A stretch of 64,000 nucleotides of DNA from positions 1,792,001 through 1,856,000 of the forward strand of contig OZ252220.1 in the NCBI GenBank assembly GCA_965249135.1. Direction: 5' to 3'. The notes beneath the pieces are model-generated. The model was not told the origin of the DNA and ran no database searches. It saw nothing but the letters and a program-made list of their open reading frames with translations. Source of the DNA: Alphaproteobacteria bacterium. Its GTDB lineage: Bacteria > Pseudomonadota > Alphaproteobacteria > GCA-2746255. This document shows positions 1-8,705 of this stretch, piece by piece. The translations under genes and the position numbers were made by a program. Position 1 is the stretch's first letter. Each line of letters begins with the position of its first letter.

Positions 1-52
1 CGGGAAGGGGACCGATCGTATTCTTAAGGAAGTGAAGCTGATACCATGTTGA
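1..52 (+). CDS. 3' end of upstream gene (partial), possibly PseG/SpsG/NeuC-like GT-B fold protein
   Basis: Frame from base 2 reads GKGTDRILKEVKLIPC*, with the stop at 50-52 overlapping the next ATG. It resembles the C-terminal DGxGxxR[IV] motif of PseG/SpsG-type proteins. Confidence 0.35.
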   Translation, partial: GKGTDRILKEVKLIPC

Positions 53-1059
53 ATGACACTTTCACCATTGACGGCCGTCTTGTTGGCGCCGGAGCGTCGC
101 CCTACGTGATCGCCGAGGTCGGCTCAAATTTCAATCAGTCGAAAGATGTTGCCCGCAGATTGATTGACGCCGCGAAGGTGGCAGGCGCCGACGCCGTCAA
201 GTTTCAACTCTTCCGTGCGGACGTGCTCTATCCGGATGGCGGGGAAGTTCACGACATCTTCAAGTCGGTGCAGCTCGATGTGGACTGGCTGCCGGATCTT
301 AAGGCACATGCGACGGGGCAAGGGCTGCATTTTTCCGCATCTGCCTTCGACCGGGAGTCGATCAAGTCCTTGGCCGAACTGGGCGTACCTTTCTTGAAGG
401 TCGGCTCATCGGAAACCGCCAATCTTGATCTGGTGGCCTGGATGGCGGCAGTCGGCAAGCCACTGTTCCTGTCGACCGGGATGTGCGGCCTGGGCGAAAT
501 TTCGGACGCGGTCGAGGTCTGCCTTGGCCTAGGCCTGGCGGATGTCAGCCTGATGCAATGCCAGTCGGTTTACCCGCTCGAAAACGCCGATGTGAACCTA
601 GCGGCAATCAACACCCTGCGGTCCGCGTTCGGCGGGCCGGTCGGATTCTCCGATCATTCGCTCGGAATCTTCGCGCCGATCGCTGCGGCTGCGCGCGGCG
701 CCCATTCGATTGAAAAGCACTTTACGCTCGACCGGTCTATGGCCGGCCCGGACCATTTCTATGCACTGGAACCCGGTGAATTAAAGACCATGATCGAGGG
801 TATCCGTGCCGCGCATGAGGCAATTGGGGACGGCGAGAAACGTATTTTGCAGCCGGAACGGGATCAAGGTAGGCGAAACGGTTTGTGGTTCGCGGTCGCG
901 GCGTCTGAGGGCGATGTCATCACGGCCGAGCTTCTGGAAGTTAAGCGCCCAGCCGTTGGTATCAAGGCCGGGCACCAGGCAGCGGTAATCGGCGCACGAT
1001 TGAACCGGAATGTCTCGACTGGCGACCCCCTTACCTGGAACGACCTGAGCTTTTCCTAG
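46..1059 (+). CDS. N-acetylneuraminate synthase (NeuB/SpsE/PseI) family protein with C-terminal SAF domain
   Basis: [37 protein letters not shown] motifs; SAF-like tail (VKRPAVGI...GDPLTW). Confidence 0.92.
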   Translation: MLNDTFTIDGRLVGAGASPYVIAEVGSNFNQSKDVARRLIDAAKVAGADAVKFQLFRADVLYPDGGEVHDIFKSVQLDVDWLPDLKAHATGQGLHFSASAFDRESIKSLAELGVPFLKVGSSETANLDLVAWMAAVGKPLFLSTGMCGLGEISDAVEVCLGLGLADVSLMQCQSVYPLENADVNLAAINTLRSAFGGPVGFSDHSLGIFAPIAAAARGAHSIEKHFTLDRSMAGPDHFYALEPGELKTMIEGIRAAHEAIGDGEKRILQPERDQGRRNGLWFAVAASEGDVITAELLEVKRPAVGIKAGHQAAVIGARLNRNVSTGDPLTWNDLSFS

Positions 1060-1076
1060 CCGCTACAGCGATCATC

Positions 1077-1760
1077 GTGGCCAACCTCGTCATCTTTGGG
1101 AATCGCGAAATCGCCTCGCTAGCGCGCTATTATTTCGAGAATGATAGTGACCACCGCGTTTCGGCCTTCACGGTCGATGACGCTTTCGTCGATGCCGACA
1201 CATTTGAAGGCTTGCCCCTCGTTCCGTTCAGCGAAGCACCGAATCGGTTTCCGCCTTCCTCGCACGCGATGCATGTCGCGTTGTCGTACCGGGGACTCAA
1301 CCGGCTTCGGGAAGAGAAGTTCCAGCAGGCGCGGGAGGCGGGGTATGAGTTGGTGTCCTATGTCTGTACCAAGTCTGTGACTTGGCCGGATCTTTCCATT
1401 GGCGATAACTGCTTTATCCTCGAGAACCAGACGATCCAGCCGACGGTGCAAATTGGCAACAACGTTATAATCTGGTCTGGTAACCACATCGGGCACGCGA
1501 CGGTCATCCGCGACCATGTCTACATCGCATCGCACGTCTGTATTTCCGGTCATTGCGACATCGGCGAGCATAGTTTCCTTGGTGTCAATGCTACGTTGAA
1601 GGATTTCACGCGGATCGGTAGCGACTGCTTTGTTGCCATGGACGCATCGATTACCAGCGATCTGCCTGACGGCGCGGTTGCCATAGGCGAGGGGGCTACG
1701 GTCTTCACCGCCGACGACCGGCGGGCGCGCACCCTGAAACACCGGTATTTCGACGGTTGA
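1077..1760 (+). CDS. NeuD/PglD-family hexapeptide-repeat sugar acetyltransferase
   Basis: N-terminal LVIFG Rossmann-like domain, then hexapeptide repeats (IGDNCFI, IGNNVII, NHIGHATVI). Confidence 0.85.
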   Translation: MANLVIFGNREIASLARYYFENDSDHRVSAFTVDDAFVDADTFEGLPLVPFSEAPNRFPPSSHAMHVALSYRGLNRLREEKFQQAREAGYELVSYVCTKSVTWPDLSIGDNCFILENQTIQPTVQIGNNVIIWSGNHIGHATVIRDHVYIASHVCISGHCDIGEHSFLGVNATLKDFTRIGSDCFVAMDASITSDLPDGAVAIGEGATVFTADDRRARTLKHRYFDG

Positions 1761-1797
1761 GCACCCGGCCGTATCATTAAATGCATTGGATGGAGTC

Positions 1798-2568
1798 ATG
1801 AGCAGCGATCAAAAACAATTTGGATACAAGGGCGAGACCAAAGCCACCGACGAACAGATGGCGCATCGGGAGATACTCTATCGCCTATTCCGCGAGCGCC
1901 CGATGCCGGACGACCAGTTGATGATCTGCCTCGGGCTCTTCATGCGAAGTTCGGCCCTGGCAAAAGTCTTGTTCCTGAACGAGCTCTACGAATTGATCGA
2001 GGGAAAGCCAGGGGTCATCGTCGAGTTTGGCACCTGGTGGGGTCAGAATCTGGTGCTGTTCGAGAATCTACGGGCCTTATATGAACCGTTCAATGCCAGC
2101 CGGCGCGTGATTGGGTTCGATACCTTCACCGGTTACCCCAGCGTGTCGGACCAAGACCGCCGCAGCGAGACGATCGTGGAAGGCGGATACAAGGTTTCAG
2201 ACGACTATGAAAGCTACCTCGATGCCTTGCTAGGCTATCACGAGGAAAACAGCGTTCTGCGCAATACCCGCAAGACCGAGCTCGTGAAGGGGGACGTCGC
2301 GAAGACCGCGAAAGACTATTTCAAGAAACACCCTGAACTCGTGATTGCACTCGCCTATTTCGACATGGCGCTTTACGAGCCGTCGAAGGCGGCGTTCCAA
2401 GCCGTCAAGCCGCATCTCATACCTGGCAGCGTACTGATGCTGGATGAGTTCAATTCGCGCGAATATCCCGGGGAAACCATCGCTTTCCGAGAGGTTATGG
2501 GTGACATGAATTTTGAATTCCGCAAGTCGCGCTTCATGACCGATCGCACCATCGCCATCCTGCGCTAA
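1798..2568 (+). CDS. TylF/MycF-like SAM-dependent O-methyltransferase
   Basis: PGVIVEFGTWWG, GFDTFTGYP, LAYFDMALYEP, LMLDE motifs; ATG at 1798 preceded by GGAG. Confidence 0.75.
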   Translation: MSSDQKQFGYKGETKATDEQMAHREILYRLFRERPMPDDQLMICLGLFMRSSALAKVLFLNELYELIEGKPGVIVEFGTWWGQNLVLFENLRALYEPFNASRRVIGFDTFTGYPSVSDQDRRSETIVEGGYKVSDDYESYLDALLGYHEENSVLRNTRKTELVKGDVAKTAKDYFKKHPELVIALAYFDMALYEPSKAAFQAVKPHLIPGSVLMLDEFNSREYPGETIAFREVMGDMNFEFRKSRFMTDRTIAILR

Positions 2569-2609
2569 GTACACGGACTCCCGTTTCGGTTGGCAACGAA
2601 AAATCTGCA

Positions 2610-3308
2610 ATGAAACTGGTTGAAAGCCACCTCGACTGGAGCGGAGCGATACCAACATCCGGGTTGGCCGAGGCCGCACGGACGATCATGGGAGGCGATA
2701 TCGTTGTCCTCAAACGTGTATTCCCAGAATCCCTCATGGATAGCTGCAAAGCCACGTTGCTCGATTGGCAGTCGAAGCATCCGGCAAGCGATCCGGAACG
2801 GCTGGAGACGAATGCCCATTGGTGGCGGCGTGACGTCAACCCACCGTCGAAGACCAAGCATCTCTTCGAAACCTTCTGTTTCGTCTTCGATGGCAGAAAG
2901 GATTCTCTGGCGGAGGTCGCGACAGTCTTTGAGCGCATGGACGCGATCTGGCGGGCGCTCACCAGCCGAACCGAGACAATGCAAACCGGTGACAAGGGCG
3001 GCATGCTGCGGCCGCAAGTAATCCACTACCCACGCGGTGGCGGCTTCTTCGATTGGCACTGTCACGACCTGGAGCCCCAGGGCATCGGCCTGATCGTGGG
3101 GATGTCGAAATACGGAAGGGACTTCACCGCCGGCGGCACCAAGTTCAGGCTCGGTAGCTCGGAGCTGGATACGACATCGGCGCACGACATCGGCGATATC
3201 TGCTTGTTCCGTTACGACCTCGACCATGCAGTGGGTGACGTAGATCGGGATTACCCGCTCGAATGGGGCGGCACGGGCCGGTGGACCATGGTCTCACCGT
3301 TGATGTGA
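2610..3308 (+). CDS. 2OG-Fe(II) oxygenase-like protein
   Basis: IHYPRGGGFFDWHCHD, FTAGGT, distal H (DHAV), GRWT strand. Confidence 0.65.
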   Translation: MKLVESHLDWSGAIPTSGLAEAARTIMGGDIVVLKRVFPESLMDSCKATLLDWQSKHPASDPERLETNAHWWRRDVNPPSKTKHLFETFCFVFDGRKDSLAEVATVFERMDAIWRALTSRTETMQTGDKGGMLRPQVIHYPRGGGFFDWHCHDLEPQGIGLIVGMSKYGRDFTAGGTKFRLGSSELDTTSAHDIGDICLFRYDLDHAVGDVDRDYPLEWGGTGRWTMVSPLM

Positions 3309-3333
3309 CGGCGCGGGCGACGAGGAAAGCACT

Positions 3334-4236
3334 TTGGCTCATTGGCGCAAACTAGGGCTTCTGATCAAACCCGATCGCTCGCTGTGGTGGTCCCGGACCC
3401 ATGCGATGGTGCCGACGCCACAGCCGCTCGGAAATGGTCTTTTCAAGATCTATTATTCGGGCCGTGACGACGACAACCGATCGCATGTTGGTTGGGCGCT
3501 GGTCGATCTTTCGGGGCCGCCAAAAGTTCTTGAGAACAGTGAACAGCCGGTGTTGTCGCCGGGCGAACTCGGCTGTTTCGACGACAACGGCGTCACGCCG
3601 TCCTGCATTGTCGAAAACGATGATGGCATCTATCTCTATTACCTTGGCTGGAATCCTGGCTCGACGGTACGCGTGCACCTGTTCGGCGGACTGGCGATCA
3701 GCAGAGACAACGGCGAGAGTTTCGAACGCTGGTCTCCCGCCCCAATTCTGGAGCGCTGCCAGAGCGACCCGTTTCTCAATACCGCGCCGTGGGTCATCCG
3801 CGAGAAGGAGCATTGGCGTATCTACTATGTCTCTGGTGTTGGTTGGGAGCATCGTGATCTGCCGCACTATTTAATCAAGACCGGCACGTCGGAGGACGGC
3901 CGCACATGGCAACGCGACGGCACTGTCTGCATCGATTTCGCCAATGAACATGAAGTCGCCCTAGCGCGGCCCTACGTTGTGAAGGAAGACGGCCACTATC
4001 GCATGTGGTTCTCCCATAAGGGTGCGGAATACCGAATGGGGTACGCGGAATCCGACGACGGCGTGACCTGGCGGCGAGACGATGCGGCCTGCGATTTGGG
4101 GCCATCGGCTGACGGCTTTGATTCGGTGATGGTCGAATATGCCTCGGTGGTTCGTCACGGGGGCCAGCGCTTCCTGTTCTACAACGGAAACAACTATGGC
4201 TTTGACGGGATTGGGCTGGCGGCCGAAGAGGCGTGA
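3334..4236 (+). CDS. Five-bladed beta-propeller glycoside hydrolase-like protein (GH32/43/130-like fold)
   Basis: Repeated blades ending in SxDGxxW/F (SRDNGESF, SEDGRTW, SDDGVTW); C-terminal YNGNNYGFDGIGLA; TTG start. Confidence 0.7.
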   Translation: MAHWRKLGLLIKPDRSLWWSRTHAMVPTPQPLGNGLFKIYYSGRDDDNRSHVGWALVDLSGPPKVLENSEQPVLSPGELGCFDDNGVTPSCIVENDDGIYLYYLGWNPGSTVRVHLFGGLAISRDNGESFERWSPAPILERCQSDPFLNTAPWVIREKEHWRIYYVSGVGWEHRDLPHYLIKTGTSEDGRTWQRDGTVCIDFANEHEVALARPYVVKEDGHYRMWFSHKGAEYRMGYAESDDGVTWRRDDAACDLGPSADGFDSVMVEYASVVRHGGQRFLFYNGNNYGFDGIGLAAEEA

Positions 4237-4955
4237 GCGATATACGCGTGGCCATTTCACAGCCGACCTATTTGCCGTGGATTGGCTACCTCGCGATGAT
4301 CGATCGAGTTGACCGTTTTGTCTTCCTCGACAACGTCGCCTTCAACGATCGCTCCTGGCAACAGCGCAACTACATTCGTGCCGGCGATGACAAGCTCATG
4401 CTGACCGCTCCTGTCCTCAAGAAGGGGCGGCGCGGCCAGCTCATCCGAGACGTAGAGGTAACGAGAGATAAAGCGTTTCCCGAAGGGCATATCCGCTCGA
4501 TCCAGAATGCTTATGCCAAGGCGCCCTTCTTCGATGCCTATGCGCCCGCACTCTTTGAGATCATGTATCGTGAACAAAACAGGCTGTGCGAAGTGACCAT
4601 CTCGATCATCCACTGGATGATGGATGCGTTCGGAATCACCACGCCGACGATGTGTGTGAGTGCAATGAGCGTAACCGGGGCAAAAGCGGACCTATTGGTC
4701 GATATTTGCCGGGGCTTGGGGGCGGACTGCTATCTCTCCGCGCCGGGGTCACGCGATTACATCGAGGAGTCCGACGCTTTTCAAGAGGCCGCCATCAACG
4801 TCGAGTACCACCTTTATGAGCACCCGAAATACCGGCAGGTCGGAAGCAGTTTTGTCCCCTATCTCGGCAGTATAGATCTTTTATTCAACGAAGGCGGTGA
4901 GGCGGGCCTGCGCATTTTGCGCTCGGGCGTACAGCATACGGCAGGTAATGCATGA
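4233..4955 (+). CDS. WbqC-family protein
   Basis: AISQPTYLPWIGY, FVFLDNV, WQQRNYI, YLSAPG, SIDLLFN motifs. Confidence 0.88.
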   Translation: MSDIRVAISQPTYLPWIGYLAMIDRVDRFVFLDNVAFNDRSWQQRNYIRAGDDKLMLTAPVLKKGRRGQLIRDVEVTRDKAFPEGHIRSIQNAYAKAPFFDAYAPALFEIMYREQNRLCEVTISIIHWMMDAFGITTPTMCVSAMSVTGAKADLLVDICRGLGADCYLSAPGSRDYIEESDAFQEAAINVEYHLYEHPKYRQVGSSFVPYLGSIDLLFNEGGEAGLRILRSGVQHTAGNA

Positions 4956-5659
4956 CCAGTCTCCTTGGAATCATCCCGGCACGCGGTGGCAGCAAGCGGA
5001 TCAGGAACAAGAATATTGTCGATTTTTTCGGTCGGCCGATCATTGCCTACAGCCTCGACGCCATGCGAGCCGCCGGTATCTATGACGAGATTCATGTCTC
5101 AACCGATTCCGAACGGATTCGCGATGTGGTCACGGGCCTTGGTACCGATGTGCCGTTTCTGAGGGAAGGGCATGCCGGCGACAACGATGGGGTCCTGGAT
5201 GTTGGGCGCTGGGTTCTCGACGAATTCGAAAGACGGGGCCGCCGGTTCGATGTGGTCGGCTTCGTGACGGCCTGCAGCCCGCCCATCGAGGGAAGCGACC
5301 TTGAGGCGGGGTTTCGTCATTACCAAGAAGGTGGCAGTCGCCCGCAATTGGCGGTGTCCGACTATCCGGCGCCTCCGCAGCAAGCCCTGCTGCGCGATGC
5401 GGATGGCGGCATTCGTCCGGAACGCTCCGAGCTGTTCGTGGCACGGTCCCAGGATCTGCTGCCAACCGTATTCGATACAGGCGCTTTTGCCTTTTTCTCG
5501 GTTGAAAGCCTTCGCAACGGCGAGGCCGAACGTTTCGAGCAATACCGCGGTTTCCGGCTAGCGCGGCACAAAGCGGTCGACATAAATACGCCGGAAGACC
5601 TCGATTTCGCGCGTATGCTGTTTGCTGGGAACAGGGCAATACGCGGTATCAAAGGATGA
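4952..5659 (+). CDS. Acylneuraminate cytidylyltransferase (NeuA/PseF-like)
   Basis: IIPARGGSKRIRNKN, VSTDS, RSQDL, VDINTPED. Confidence 0.9.
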   Translation: MTSLLGIIPARGGSKRIRNKNIVDFFGRPIIAYSLDAMRAAGIYDEIHVSTDSERIRDVVTGLGTDVPFLREGHAGDNDGVLDVGRWVLDEFERRGRRFDVVGFVTACSPPIEGSDLEAGFRHYQEGGSRPQLAVSDYPAPPQQALLRDADGGIRPERSELFVARSQDLLPTVFDTGAFAFFSVESLRNGEAERFEQYRGFRLARHKAVDINTPEDLDFARMLFAGNRAIRGIKG

Positions 5660-6882
5660 CCGGCGCGATTTCAATTCTTGCAGATGCGCCGCACGGATTG
5701 ACGCGGTGTCGGGTGTGTCGGGCGTCCGGTGGACGACAGGTCGGGCAGGTGCCGGCCGTGCCAATCAGCCTCTGGCCGACAGAGGCGCCGCCACATTCGG
5801 CGTTTGACCTCGAGCTTTTTGTTTGCGAGGCGTGCGGCCATTTGCAGCTTCAGACGATGACGCCCGAACTGGTCAGTCGTTTCTATGCGGACGGCTCGTT
5901 CGTCGAAGACAATTCGGAGGGCCACGACGATCGACTGCAGGCGTTCAGGAGTCGGTTCGGCGCGGACGCGATGGCCGGTTGCACCGTCCTCGATATCGGT
6001 GGCGGCAACAACCCGTTTGTCGGTCGCATCGACGACGCGAAGGAACGCTGGATTAGCGACATCGCGGTGAGCGAAGCTGCCGCAGCACAGGCCGATCGGA
6101 CCGTGGCAGGTGATTTTGCCGACGCGGACCTGCCGGATGCGGCCTTCGACGTCGTCACGCTGTTCCACACGCTCGAGCATTTCGCGGAACCAGATCGCGC
6201 CGTGGAGCGTCTGGCACGTGTGGTTCGGCCCGGCAGGCTGGTCCTGATCGAGGTGCCGAATGCGGAAGGCTTCACCCGAACGATCCCGCACTATGCGGTC
6301 TTCCATCAACATCAAAGCTATTTCCATCCCGCGGCGCTCGACGGGCTGATGGCGCGCTTCGGCTTCGATCGCGAGCACCTGTTTCGGGAGGATGTCGTTT
6401 TGCTGGCTGCCTATCGGCGCCGATCGGAGACGACGGCCATGCCGGTCAAGGGCGACCCAGCCACCGGCGTAGCGATCGGCGACTTGCGACGCCGCATCAT
6501 CGACAGCGTCGACGCGACGTTTCGCGAAAGCCTTGGCTCCGTTGGACGGGTCGCAATCTATGGTGCCGGCGGCTCGACCACGATGTTCCTGACATTGTTA
6601 CCCTGGTTGCGGGAGCGCGTGATTGGGGTGTTTGACCGGGATACGGGCAAGCAGGGCCGTTTCGTGCCAGGTACGGCCGTCCGCGTTGGCTCGCCCGACC
6701 AGGTCGATGCCTGCCATGCCGATGTCGTCATCTACCTGTCGAGACGGTTGTTTGAATTATTGGCGCGTGACTACACAACCCCCGCCATTGATGCCGGCGC
6801 TATCCTTGAAGCGGCTGGTCGGCGGGAAAAGATGGCAGGCCGAGGCGAGGACGACGGGAGGCCAGTGATCAATGCTTGTTGA
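5656..6882 (+). CDS. Class I SAM-dependent methyltransferase with Zn-binding N-terminus (NDP-sugar C-methyltransferase-like)
   Basis: CRVC...CEAC Zn motif, VLDIGGG, FHTLEHF, C-terminal YGAGG Rossmann domain. Confidence 0.75.
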   Translation: MTGAISILADAPHGLTRCRVCRASGGRQVGQVPAVPISLWPTEAPPHSAFDLELFVCEACGHLQLQTMTPELVSRFYADGSFVEDNSEGHDDRLQAFRSRFGADAMAGCTVLDIGGGNNPFVGRIDDAKERWISDIAVSEAAAAQADRTVAGDFADADLPDAAFDVVTLFHTLEHFAEPDRAVERLARVVRPGRLVLIEVPNAEGFTRTIPHYAVFHQHQSYFHPAALDGLMARFGFDREHLFREDVVLLAAYRRRSETTAMPVKGDPATGVAIGDLRRRIIDSVDATFRESLGSVGRVAIYGAGGSTTMFLTLLPWLRERVIGVFDRDTGKQGRFVPGTAVRVGSPDQVDACHADVVIYLSRRLFELLARDYTTPAIDAGAILEAAGRREKMAGRGEDDGRPVINAC

Positions 6883-7840
6883 ATTTACGAAGCTTCGCGA
6901 GGATCCACTGCTTGTCGAGGGTGTTAGGCATATCGCGGACTTTCTCGAGCCCGAAGATCGCGATCGCGCGATTCGTGAGGCGACCGCCTTCTATGCCGAT
7001 GCGTACGCAAAGGGCCTTTTCTTTACTGAATTGGAAGCACAAGAGCACGGACTGTTGGAGCCAGACGCTCCCGGACGCCAGGTCGAACGAAAGAACAACC
7101 TGATGTATTCGGATATGGGCTGGTTCCTCGAAAGCCGAAGCTTCGAAAAGCTGGTGCGGGGGATATCCGTCTACATCGGGCCGGACATCGACATGTTTCT
7201 TGCCCGGCTGTTGATCGCTGTGCCCCTATGCGACATTCCGAATTACATCCAGCGGCGCTATTTCCCCATGGAGGAGCTGCTGCACGGCTCGATCAATCGC
7301 TTCGTGAAAGACGAGTTTTTGCGCGCCTTCTTTTTCATTCATAATCCATGGCATCAGGATTGGGTCGACATGCCGCGTTCCGACCTGCGATTTATAACCA
7401 CACTTCTACCGATCACAAACCGCCGTGGCGACCAAGCACCGCTTTATATTTTGCCGAAGTCCGCAGCCGTCGAACCGCAGGCAACGCCGATTCCCCATGA
7501 GGAAGACGACGCGACGACGACACTGATGGCTGGGCCCGGCGGCCCACGGCCGTTCGAGAAACGGCGTATGTTGGTCGACCCCGGCGATCTCCTCGCATGG
7601 TCTGCCAGGACTTTCCACAAGGTCGAGCCGAACCTTTCTGCCGAGCCGGCGATCAATCTCCGCTTTAATTTCGCGCCAGCAGGCGCCCGCACCGGCGTAC
7701 GCGACCCGGGAAGCATCCAACGGGTCGGCAGGTCCGCTCTGTCTTATCTGTGTGAGGCAGGCCCGACCGGTCCGGGGACGCCGCCTTTCGTGGCGCATGA
7801 AGAAGATGAATTGGTCGTGACGCGCGAGGGCTATCAGTGA
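6872..7840 (+). CDS. PhyH-like 2OG-Fe(II) dioxygenase
   Basis: PWHQD, PGDLLAW, TFH, N-x-S-x(5)-NLRF. Confidence 0.7.
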   Translation: MLVEFTKLREDPLLVEGVRHIADFLEPEDRDRAIREATAFYADAYAKGLFFTELEAQEHGLLEPDAPGRQVERKNNLMYSDMGWFLESRSFEKLVRGISVYIGPDIDMFLARLLIAVPLCDIPNYIQRRYFPMEELLHGSINRFVKDEFLRAFFFIHNPWHQDWVDMPRSDLRFITTLLPITNRRGDQAPLYILPKSAAVEPQATPIPHEEDDATTTLMAGPGGPRPFEKRRMLVDPGDLLAWSARTFHKVEPNLSAEPAINLRFNFAPAGARTGVRDPGSIQRVGRSALSYLCEAGPTGPGTPPFVAHEEDELVVTREGYQ

Positions 7841-8631
7841 GGCGCGTCGTGCATTTTCTCGATGCGGTACAGCATGCCGAGAGCGCGTTCCTGGGAGATG
7901 ACCTCTGCCGTGGCGTCGAACAGGTCGGTGGCGGCGATGGTCCGCAGACCGCTTCCTTCGCCCGGCCGCGAACCACGGTAAAAGCCTCTTTGCCAAAGCA
8001 ACTCACCCATCGGGTTCACGTCGGTCACGACGCCGGCATCGCGATCGCGGACGAGCATCTCGAAGGTGAGGGTGCGTTCGACGCCGTCGAGGTCGATATG
8101 TTGCCCCGTGAAGGGTTTCTTGTAACGGTAAGGCACGTTCAAGCACTGCTCGACGTAATGGTAGAAAGTTATGCTGTGCTGGTCGTCCAGGTCGAGCACG
8201 GCCACCTTTCCCCCTGCTTGGTGAATCAGGGCGAAGGGACTGTCCGTACCGAAGGCGTCGAGGTTGATCCGTCCCTGCAATTCGTCGGTGCAACGGCCGA
8301 AACAGGAAAAGGAATAGAACGGGTGGCCGGTACGGTTGCGGTCGTAGGCCTTGCGCGCGGTTTCGCTCAGGGCGCCCATACCCGATGGAGATGTTCGCAT
8401 GTCGAAGGGGACGCCGTCGGCAAAGTCATATCGGAAGGCGGGAAACAGCAGGCCACCATCCGGGCCGACCGCGCGAAGGAAAGACTGCAGCAGGTCATTC
8501 GTATCGATGCGATGGCCGAAAGCTCTGTAGCGACGGTAGACGCGGTCCACCCGGCTGTGCAGCATAACTAAGTCGCCGCGCTCGATGCCGCTGTCCCGCC
8601 ATTCGCCTACGAGCTGATCGATCTGATCCAT
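7834..8631 (-). CDS. AAC(3)/YokD-family N-acyltransferase
   Basis: GDLVMLHS, GGLLFPAF, SPSGMGALSE, RTGHPFYSF, FGTDSPF, ITFYHYVE, VPYRYKK; alternative start at 8652. Confidence 0.88.
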   Translation of the reverse strand: MDQIDQLVGEWRDSGIERGDLVMLHSRVDRVYRRYRAFGHRIDTNDLLQSFLRAVGPDGGLLFPAFRYDFADGVPFDMRTSPSGMGALSETARKAYDRNRTGHPFYSFSCFGRCTDELQGRINLDAFGTDSPFALIHQAGGKVAVLDLDDQHSITFYHYVEQCLNVPYRYKKPFTGQHIDLDGVERTLTFEMLVRDRDAGVVTDVNPMGELLWQRGFYRGSRPGEGSGLRTIAATDLFDATAEVISQERALGMLYRIEKMHDAPH

Positions 8632-8705
8632 TCTGCTTTCCCAAAAAAACATGGCCGCACGATGAAGTCGCCACCGAACCTTAGTGATTTCGAGGCTCCT
8701 GCTCC

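Noticed and set aside
8643-8649. A7 homopolymer at the aac(3) 5' end as a phase-variation tract
   Set aside because: Too short, and probably upstream of the real start
7834-8652. Acquired aminoglycoside resistance gene
   Set aside because: No integron or IS context; AAC(3)-family homologues are known in glycan loci; resistance cannot be inferred from sequence
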